Assembly: GCA_032718475.1 (NCBI GenBank)
Contig: JAUCBJ010000610.1
Location: forward strand, 1 to 55,994
Direction of reading: 5' to 3'
Source of the DNA: Nemertoderma westbladi
Lineage: Eukaryota; Animalia; Xenacoelomorpha
Length of the DNA stretch: 55,994 nt
The position numbers were made by a program, and so were the translations under genes. Shown one piece after another: positions 46,500-55,994 of this stretch. Under the pieces are notes generated by a model. It was not told the DNA's origin, did no database searches, and worked only from the letters and a program-made list of their open reading frames with translations. Within the stretch, counting starts at the first letter, position 1. Each line of letters opens with the position of its first letter.

Positions 46500-48420
46500 G
46501 CTATACATCTACCTCCTCGGAGGCACAACGAACTGGACCGGAGGAGGGCATTAAGTCGACGACAGACACCCCCCAGTACACATGAGAGGCCCCTCTTCTA
46601 ATTCCCTGTGGCTTAGCAACGACGGTCTCAGATATGTTGGTGATGAGAATCTGGGCCTCTCGGCACCAGACCCCATCAATCGTACAAACCAGGGGGGTGA
46701 ATGCCATCCGTAATTCCTCACAGATGGCTAGGTGGCGCTACTTATTGCGGCAATGCTCGTCTAGGATGGAGACAGTCGAGCATTTAAAATGGGCATAGGA
46801 AGTGCTGTCCTTGTTTACAACCACAATGTTAAACGAAGCTATCCTTTGAGGAGCACAGACCCCGCGCGCTACCAGAATGGCACGAACGCCGCTAACCTCG
46901 ATCTCCATGCAGTCCAGATGACTGAGGGATAGTGTGACATCACGGTCGACACTCGATGGTCCGAAAACCTCGTTAAAAACTCACTGATCTTATCATGGCG
47001 CGTACCACTAGTCGCAAGACTTGCAGCTTAGTGCATGTGATGTCGAGAACTTGCCACCACAACCTTCACACCTCACTGGAAGACCTGGTGGGACTAGGAC
47101 AAACCATCTCTAAACTCTTCAGTGCTGAGATCCGTGTGGTTATTGGATGGCTGGGCAGTGAGCCATCAGCCAATCTTGTAATTCACCACCTGCTCAGTAG
47201 TTCTTTGGCAACTGGGTAGAAACCATCCGAGTTCGGCATCTCATTTCTTGAGGTAGATTTACACGAGACACTCCTTTGAGTCTTTGAGTGTCCATGGCAT
47301 CTCTTGAAGGTGCTAGGGCACCTGGAGCGCTGTGCCACAATGTAAAGCGTCAACTACCAGCGATGTACCCTCAGTGGAAGCAATTCAGGCTGGTTCAAAG
47401 CAAAGCAGGGGGATGCGTAGCCCAATGCCGCAATGGCATAGAATGAGTAGTGGCTACGCAACTCCTACGCAATGGCGTAGGAGTAGAATGATGTCTTCAT
47501 CGGCTGACACGACAGAATGGGCATGACAGAATGGGCATGTAATCACACAGGATGCAATCGGTGGTCAGTGGTAACAACGCGAAGAAGGTAATCACACAGG
47601 GAACCTGAACACACAGGGAGATGCATGTGTAGCTGACTGTGGGTAATCTTTCACAACTCCCGAGGGTTTCCATATGCTCTTTACCCATCCCTCTACCGTC
47701 CCCTTGACAAATGTTTTCCTGTCCATTGGGTCACCTTTAAACCCCCCGAGGAACTGGTGTCCACTGACACTTCTGTGCCTGTTTCACTGAATATCTCTCT
47801 TGCTTCCTCCTTGTACTCAAGCTTCACCACCAAGATTAATTTGGTAAGCTCTACACAATCCGAGGGCCGATCCGACGGAGTTCCTCATACCAGTGGCGAA
47901 GTCGTGAGGTTTTTCAGGCATCAGACAGGTCGTCCGCATAGCAACACTGTCGGTGATTGTGGACAGTAATGGCGCCATGGCTGGCTGTGGTTAGTACATA
48001 ATTGGCTGTATCATCAAATAACAGCAATGAGTTCGGCGGTGATGGATCCGGTTAGAGAGGAGATTTCTGTTTCTGGCCCCAACTGTCGAAGATGACGACC
48101 AAGGGTAGTGTAGCACGGCTATAGGCCGCTGGATCTCCTCGAGTCCACCCCTCCCGGCTCCAAATGCCTCATCATCACCCTGCAGATACATGGCAGCATG
48201 GCCGTTATAAGAAACGTTAAGGAACCTGGAGGGCCAGTACCACAACACACAACAGTTCCAGAGTGAAATTGGCCTGCTGGCAGAGTTGAAGGCATTCTTC
48301 GCATCAATGAGGAGCATTGCTTCCGTTTCGCTTTCCTCAAAGATTGTGGACATCGCATGGATGGCACTTTCGATGCTGGCTTTGACGCCGGCACACAGCT
48401 GGTCCACGGAGAATCTTTTA
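46500..48420 (-). pseudogene. Highly degenerate CRE-like non-LTR retrotransposon (RT plus restriction-like endonuclease)
   Basis: RT motif QLCAG....IESAIHAM..IF.....AMLLIDAKNAFNS; RLE C-terminal motifs ARGVCAPQRIASFNIVV...D..SY and FTPLVCTIDGVW.REA. Confidence 0.72.
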
Positions 48421-49309
48421 GGTTCATTGAGATAGGCAGTAAGGAAAGAGTATTCACTCACAACCGGTGATCCACTCTGCGCTCCCATGTTACCTTGGTT
48501 CGTAATTATTGACCATTAAGGATAAATACCAGGGTTTGACTAGGTAATGCATAGGTAATGAGCCCTCCTGATTGTAAACCCAGTAAGTCTAGGAGTGTAG
48601 TGCTTGCTACATCTGGTAGACTTAATGTTATGTCTAATCCAATCTCAACCACAAACTTTCTGTAAGTCGACAACCCGATAACCCAACCAATAGAGGGTGA
48701 TCATCATGGTATGCATAGTGAGTTGTACACCTAGGGGTGATGCAGGTGAATGCTTACTTTTTCAGATTCCTTTTCAATATTTAATTCAGTGATGCATAAT
48801 ATTTACTTCTTCTAAATTTCGTTTTTTTACAGAATGAGAATCTTTTTTACAAAAAGAGATAATGGCCAAAGAATCCACGAATTATGGAACTCATTGTATA
48901 TCGGAACTGCACCAAGTCATTTTAATATTATATTGTACAAGTGTGAAACAACTAGTAATCTCACATTTTATCACAATAATACCGGTAATTTGTTTGTTTA
49001 GTTATAAAACACAAGAGTTTTAATATATTCTAACTGCAATGCATGTACATTCCAATTATTTTCCACCAAACTGTAAAATGCACGATCTAGAATACAGAAC
49101 TGGGTTTAAAACTAGGCGAAATGGACTGAAATGGACCGAACAGCTAAATTAATGATAATTTAAATACAATTATCTATACATCCACGTGAAAAAATACTAT
49201 GGCAATTGCTGTAACAACATCGTTTATTGTTTAGGTTAGGAAAATCTGTCTCTGTAACGTGCTTCCTTCAATTATCATTTATTGGTTGTCATTTCAAAGC
49301 GTTTTTCCG

Positions 49310-50540
49310 ATACAGGTGGAATTGTACCATAAAGCTCGGCGTTTGTCATGTGTTGTCTCCAGCTGATGTTTAGGGCTGGCTACCCTTAGTAGTACCCTTT
49401 GTGTAGCAACCATCAATTCGTAGTTCAAGTGATTTAGTCAGTGTCCAGGCCTCACCCCCGTATAGAAATACACTTTCCACTGTGGCTCGAAAGAAATTAG
49501 TCTTCAGGTGCCTGGGGAGATCTGATTTCCAGATGGTATCCATTATTGATAGAGCTACCCAAGCCTTTGCTTTCCTAAGTTCTATGTCCTTTTTGCTACT
49601 CTCTATCCATGACCCAAGGTACTGGAAGTCGTCAACCTTCCTTAGTTGAATATTGTCAATTGTTTTCAAGTTTCCATCAACATTAAAGGTCATGAATTCG
49701 GTCTTTGTAGCATTTATATGCAATCCAACCTCCTTAGCAGCCCTCTCCACTTTATTTAGTATAAGCTGTGCATCTGCTAGCGTATTAGAGAGCAGGGCGA
49801 TGTCATCCGCAAAGTCAGTGTCGTCTGTGACTGTAGTTGCTGGATATCTACTACTTCTGCGTTCTTGAAGTGTGAATCCCAGATCTTCACCCTTTGTGGC
49901 CGTCCTCATTCCGTAATCCAGCACAATTACTAATAGTAATGGTGCTAATGTGTCACCTTGCAGTACGCCAGCCAGGATTGAGAATAACTCAGTTTCACCA
50001 TCTGGTGAGAGTACCTGCGCTTCTGTGTCAGAATATAACAATCCAATGCCAGCAACAATTGCTTCTGGTATTCCATAAGCTCTTAGTATTTCAAGCATTT
50101 AACCCCTATGGATGGAGTCGAATGCTTTCTTAAAGTCCACAAAAGTCATGACTGCGGGGAGATTCTTTGACTAAATTCCGTCATTCAGTCTCCGTAGTGC
50201 AAGTATCTGAGCTATTGTTGATCTGTTTGGTCGAAATCTGTTTTGGCTCTTACGCAGTAGTTTCTCTATGAGGCTTAACCCTATATAGAAACTTTTTATT
50301 GTATATTTTGGCAGCTACCACAAGCAGACAGATCCCACGATAGTTTGTTGGTTGGTAAACCGAGTTCTCATTTCTTGGGGAGAGGCTTTAGTTGACCTTT
50401 AGTCCAAATTGGTGGTGGCTTTTCCCCTTTTAACATCCTGTTGCAAACATTCAATAATGGTCTGTTTAGCACTCCTGGTTTCCATACCTCCACTGGGATT
50501 TCATCTAATCCACTCGCTTTATTATTGGACATGCTTTTAC
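49310..50540 (-). pseudogene. RTE-clade LINE RT fragment (second family)
   Basis: Motifs KASGLDEIPVEVWK, NYRGI.L, FVDF.KAFDSI, GVLQGDTLAP, DTDFADD and FQYLGSWI; frameshifts present. Confidence 0.9.
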
Positions 50541-50859
50541 AGGGATTAATTACGCACAATGTTTCACGACTTATTTCAACTGCGGTCCCCCCGGAACAAT
50601 ACTCCCCAGAGGAAACTCCAGTACTCATTTAGCTAGGATCAAACACACGACCTACGAGAGATGTGAATTCAATGCAACCACTACACCAAGATGGTTAGTT
50701 AGTTAGTCGATTTTAACGCCTGTATAACATTTCATCTTATTAATTACGTAATATATTAAATCATAATGAATAAACAACACGTATGCGGGGATTTAGGAAA
50801 AAAAATGAATCACTATCCATGAAGGACGAACTGCTAACTGTTATCCGAGCAGGTAACAC

Positions 50860-52700
50860 CCCACCGCATATAGAACCTCCCCGCCCAACCATAAACCGGC
50901 ACATTAACCGTTAACCCACAACGCCAACTACTGATCAATGCTGGAAGTGCTGCAACAGGGATACCTGTAGCAGCAAGTACCTCACTTAACGCCAACACAT
51001 ACACCCAACAATACCACCGCCCAGCTCCATCCCGTGGAAGCTGTGTAGGTGACCCGGCCACATATGCTGCCTTCCATCTGATTTGCAACCAAGAGGACCG
51101 CGATGCTCTCATGGACACAACACTATGGGGCGTTGGGATCTCAATCAGAAACTACAAGCTGAATGACGATGAACGCAAAGCACTCAGTCTCCGCCCACAG
51201 ACCTACACACCTCGTATGGCTGACCAGATGCAGACCACGGAAGCTGGTTTACCGGATAATAGCCAGGACTGACAAACGGTAAAGATAACACACTGGAATG
51301 TGGAAGGACTGAAACACCTCGCAAATACCTTAACAGACTCAGAACTCTATCTGAACACCGACATAGCCTTGTTTACAGAAACTATGTCCACTGAAAACTC
51401 ATTCAACAACCGCGGCTACTATACATTTACTCAACCTGCAGTAGCTCCATCGCGGGGCCGCCCCTCTGGAGGTCTAATGATACTATGCAAACCTAAACAC
51501 AAACCATCGGCCCTGGCCCAATCGGAATTGTTCATAGTAATCAAAACTAACTCTTCCTTCTATATAGTAGTTTACTTTAAACCTGATACGCATCTACAAG
51601 ATGTCTTACTCGTGGTTAACGAAGCACTGTCGCATATTGACGACTCGGTGGCGACAGTTATCAGGGGTGACTTAAACTGCCGTCTAGATCGAGGGAACCA
51701 TGGATCTGACCTCACCAACCACCTCAACGCGCTCGGGTTCACACTGCTAAATAATCCTGATCTCCCAACATATATATCGCCACAAGGTGAAAGAACCATC
51801 AACCTAATGTTTATAAAATACCCCGCTATAATCCCTCAACCGATTCCCGCCGGTCAGGTCAGGTAAAAAATGCAGCTGCAATGCAGCATGCCGATCCTAG
51901 TAGTAGTAGTAGTAGTATAAAATACCCCGCTACAATCCCTCAACCGATTCCCACCTCAGAAGTGATAACCGACCCCATAAGAAAACACCAGCGTGTCTCT
52001 ACATCAATTGATCTTCCACCACCATCCACTGACTCACTGTCTGGTAGGCCAGCCCCACTTAACCGAAAATTAGATCTAAATTGCCTATCATCGAACCTAA
52101 ATACGGAATTATTGTCCAGATTTATAGCCGACAATGACCTAGATGCAGCTACGGAACTCCTCACTGGCTCCTTAGTCAACTCAACGACTAAACTCCTCCC
52201 ATAGTGGCAAACCCTGGTTTGACTCACATTGTAAGTTATTGAAGTTGTCCGTAATGAATGCGATGTTGATACACAACCATTCCGATTCCGAGCCACTGGG
52301 AAATCAGGAAACAATATAAGCGGACGATTAAGGAGAAGCGAGAAGTGTTTGAGAAGGCCGAGCTGGTCGAGAAACTAAACCGAGCCGAAGTTAAACCTTG
52401 GAATCTACTAAAGAACCACACAGCCACGGTGGCACCAATTGACTCTGCAAAGCTGGAAACCTATTTCCAAAATCTCCTGGGAGCACGCATCAATCCACCT
52501 AACTGCCCTAACATCCCATCTACAACTCAAAGAGATAGGAACGAGGATACATGGTATAACAATGAGATAACAGAGGACGAAGTGCAAGAAGTGATAACAG
52601 GGGCAGCAAACAACAAAGCCGGTGGCCCTGACCGTTTGTACCCCCGCTCTCCCGCCCATTCTGGCGATTCTAACACTACTGTACAACGTGTGTCTAACCA
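50860..52700 (+). pseudogene. LINE fragment (ORF1 end, APE endonuclease, start of RT), RTEX-like
   Basis: Motifs HWNVEGL, LFTET, GRPSGG, GDLNCR, PTYIS..G and later KAGGPD; stops present. Clade assignment is tentative. Confidence 0.78.
51849..51915 (+). mobile_element. 67-bp retroposed RTE-type 3' end with a 37-bp TSD
   Basis: AAAAATGCAGCTGCAATGCAGCATGCCGATCC(TAG)n is the same tail as at 44936-44975; TSD 51812-51848 / 51916-51952 with 1 mismatch. Confidence 0.88.
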
Positions 52701-53373
52701 TTAACTTACATTGGGTTGGTTACTCAGATACGTATTGGATCGGGTATTTTGCCATGGTAAGTTTTAAACAAGCTCTTCCCAGCATTTAAATAAATAATAT
52801 CGAAATAACGCGACATTGAAGAAGGCTGATACATACTTCCAAACCGTGAATGAAGCCATATAAAGCGAGGTGTAGCTCTTGGTGATATAGCTTCCAAGAA
52901 GCCAAGTTTAGTCATGGAACTAAGCAGTTTCCTATGACTATATAGGGTGGCGGTTAATACTCGCGCTGTAGACAATTCGGTTAGACAGAGTTGAGTGACT
53001 AACCGAAAGTGAAACCTTACAGTGAGTAGCTAACCAATGGAGGAAACAATAAACCCAGCCAATATGTTGCTATTCGATAACTGAGAGAAGGATCAATTCA
53101 ATTATATTCATGTTATTATTATAAAACATTGCAGACTTGAATTTCAGAAGCTTTATTACCATATTTTAATATAATATTATAACCATAAAAGATCCTCAAA
53201 TTCATATAAAAAGCATAGCTGGAATATCTGTAACAATATTATTAGCACTAATTAAAATTAATAAAAGCACTTCGAAAATTATCATCGGACATCCAGACAT
53301 GATCTGCATGTAAGTATATATTTAATCGGTCGGATATTACTATAATTAATTTATAAACTACCATAGCGTTGCA

Positions 53374-53568
53374 TCAATTATTTATCTTGAGAAAATATGC
53401 TATCATGCTTCTCTCGTCACAGTTATCGAAGTATACGCGGCCATTAACTTGACTTTCTTTCCAAACCACTTCACCCAATATCTCCATAGCCATTCTATTG
53501 AATAACGTCGCGGAATGTTTATTGGTTGCCACCACAACAACTGCATCACACTTGACTTTACTAACAAC
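53374..53568 (-). CDS. Terminal exon of a host GNAT acetyltransferase (insect-type AANAT-like)
   Basis: TTTTAG| acceptor, then VVSKVKCDAVVVVATNKHSATLFNRMAMEILGEVVWKESQVNGRVYFDNCDERSMIAYFLKINN*. This resembles the iaaNAT C-terminus (C..V...AT...S..F.K.G.E...E..Y....NG..F). Recognised by eye only. Confidence 0.65.
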   Translation of the reverse strand, partial: VVSKVKCDAVVVVATNKHSATLFNRMAMEILGEVVWKESQVNGRVYFDNCDERSMIAYFLKINN

Positions 53569-53864
53569 CTAAAAGTCAACAGAACATAATTAAAAGTATT
53601 GCATATACATAAACCCTACTACTCATTTCATTGAATATTTATTAAATACTACAAAGCCTGTGGCCCTTCGGGACGGGCCACAGCTTTCTAGCCCATGTAC
53701 TGTACAGATACGTGAATATTATGTTGATTACAGATTTGCCCATTATGCAGATTGGAGAATTGCATATAGAACAGATTCATACAGTACCATCATAAAATAA
53801 AACCCCACCCCCGTAGGAGATAACTGTCAAGTTTCAGCTTAATGACAATTCTAAGTAAAAAAAC

Positions 53865-55580
53865 AAAAGTTAGAGAAAATGTTGACTTTCAGACATTTCG
53901 CCCTCTAGCGGTAGACTGGGGAACTGTAGATGACTCTGCGACTCCGTACAGATACAGACTATGCTGTAGTAGATAACTACCAAGTATCAGTCTAAACGGA
54001 TTGTAAATAACAAAGTTTGAGAAAATGTTGACTTTCAGACATTTCGCCCTCTAGCGGTAGACTGAGATACTGTATATGACTCTGCGACTCCGTACAGATA
54101 CAGACTATGCTGTAGTAGATAACAACCAAGTATCAGTCTAAACGGATTGTAAATATCAAAGTTAGAGAAGATGTTGACTTTCAGACATTTCACCCTCTAG
54201 CGGTAGACTGGGGAACTGTAGATGACTCTGCGACTCAGTACAGATACAGACTATGCTGTAGTGGATAGCTGACAAGTATCAGTCTAAACGGATTGTATAT
54301 AACAAATTTGGAGATGTTGACTTTCAGACATTTCGCCCTTTAGCGGTAGACTGGGGAACTGTAGGTGACTCTGTGACTCCGTAATGTTGACTTTCAGACA
54401 TTTCGCCCTCTAGCGGTAGACTGGGGAACTGTAGATGACTCTGCGACTCCGTACAGATACAGACTATGCTGTAGTAGATAACTACCAAGTATCAGTCTAA
54501 ACGGATTGTAAATAACAAAGTTTGAGAAAATGTTGACTTTCAGACATTTCGCCCTCTAGCGGTAGACTGAGATACTGTATATGACTCTGCGACTCCGTAC
54601 AGATACAGACTATGCTGTAGTAGATAACAACCAAGTATCAGTCTAAACGGATTGTAAATATCAAAGTTAGAGAAGATGTTGACTTTCAGACATTTCACCC
54701 TCTAGCGGTAGACTGGGGAACTGTAGATGACTCTGCGACTCAGTACAGATACAGACTATGCTGTAGTGGATAGCTGACAAGTATCAGTCTAAACGGATTG
54801 TATATAACAAATTTGGAGATGTTGACTTTCAGACATTTCGCCCTTTAGCGGTAGACTGGGGAACTGTAGGTGACTCTGTGACTCCGTACAGATACAGACT
54901 ATGCTGAAGCGGATAGCTACCAAGTATCGGTCTAAACGGATTGTAAATAACAAAGTTGGAGAAGATGTTGACTTTCAGACATTTCGCCCTCTAGCGGTAG
55001 ACTGGGGAACTGTAGATGACTCTGCGACTCCGTACAGATACATACTATGCTGTAGTAGATAACTACCAAGTATCAGTCTAAAAGGATCGTAAATAACAAA
55101 GTTGGAGAAGATGTTGACTTTCAGACATTTCGCCCTCTAGCGGTAGACTGGGGAACTGTAGATGACTCAGAGACTTCGGACTTCGTACAGATACAGACTA
55201 TGCTGTAGTAGGAGACTGGGGGGGGGGGGGGGGGAACTGGACGCAAAACCCGCCTTGGCGAATTAATATCCCGCCTCAATGTTAAATTCTCAATTTAGGG
55301 AAAGGAGCAGGTTACAGTGGCACGTTATTTTAACCAAAACAATAAACTAAGCACAATAGAACAGGTTACAGTTTTATTTTTGAGAATAATCAGCTGTTAT
55401 TTGCGTCGAATTTCCCCTGGAGAGGGATGAATTTTTATTGCGTCCAGTTTCCCCCCCTATCTGTGTAGTAGATAACTACCAAGTATCAGTCTAAACGGAT
55501 TGTAAATAACAAAGTTGGAGTAGATGTTGACTTTCAGACATTTCGCCCCTTAGCAGCAGACTGGAGAAATGTAGACTGGT
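53865..55580. repeat. ~146-bp tandem repeat array (~11 units)
   Basis: GTTGACTTTCAGACATTTC starts at 53881, 54027, 54173, 54316, 54386, 54532, 54678, 54821, 54967, 55113 and 55526. Confidence 0.96.
55212..55463. mobile_element. 252-bp MITE with an 8-bp TSD, inserted in the array
   Basis: TIRs (G/C)AGA..G(n)AACTGGACGCAA / TTGCGTCCAGTTTC(n)TATCTG; TSD TGTAGTAG at 55204-55211 and 55464-55471. Confidence 0.82.
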
Positions 55581-55994
55581 CAGTGTCGTCCCAAATCTAT
55601 GGTCAGGTATATATCTGCAAAGTGTCAGTTTGAATAGACTGAGACTGACGGTGCAACTGCTGTAATACAGTTGACAGTTACCTGCCTATTGATCAGCAAT
55701 TTGGCCGAAAACGACTACAGAATAGCCCAATTTGACCACAAATACGCATTCACCAAGGGCATACACGCATCTGGGTTGGGCATATACGTAAAATTAGCTA
55801 CGAGATAATGACGGTTCACGCTCTAGTGCTTATGACGATATGCATCCCGTAGACGTGCAAGATAGATTCAAGATAAGCCCCAATGTGTATAGTACATTTA
55901 TTATAGGAAGGGATCTAGGGGTCTTAACCTCGAATGATAAGTTTATTTTACCGAAAATAACTTATCTTTTATTGGCGCAATTGTAGGACTAATC

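Larger units (their letters stand above)
53649..55913 (-). mobile_element. Non-autonomous Helitron-like element with an internal tandem array
   Basis: On the minus strand it starts A|TCCCTTCCTATAATAAA and ends with hairpin CTGTGGCCC-N8-GGGCCACAG then GCTTTGTAG|T. AT target, no TSD; the end is GTAG rather than CTAG. Confidence 0.7.

Noticed and set aside
52724-52975. 83-aa minus-strand ORF
   Set aside because: Non-ATG start, no recognisable motif and no splice support.

Overview
AT-rich invertebrate (probably arthropod) genomic DNA made almost entirely of nested transposable elements. It holds three full-length LTR retrotransposons. BEL/Pao-1 (+, 7229-22924, disabled ORFs) is inserted in a CR1/L2-type LINE. 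BEL/Pao-2 (-, 26410-44313) has an intact 2754-aa ORF. A Gypsy element (+, 26549-32565, intact ORF, identical LTRs) is nested in the 3' LTR of BEL/Pao-2. Also present: RTE-, RTEX- and CRE-like LINE relics, a ~3-kb tandem non-coding repeat, 13- and 17-bp minisatellites, and a non-autonomous Helitron with a 146-bp array and a nested MITE. Two host-gene pieces are missed by the ORF track: a secreted fibronectin type II (FN2) gene or pseudogene, and the last exon of an AANAT-like acetyltransferase. The main finding is that none of the three LTR elements has a tRNA primer-binding site. In each, the 8-12 nt directly after the 5' LTR are the exact reverse complement of a segment inside its own LTR. 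This is the signature of Tf1-type tRNA-independent self-priming, seen here in two divergent BEL/Pao families and a non-chromoviral Gypsy. All calls were made by eye; no databases were searched.
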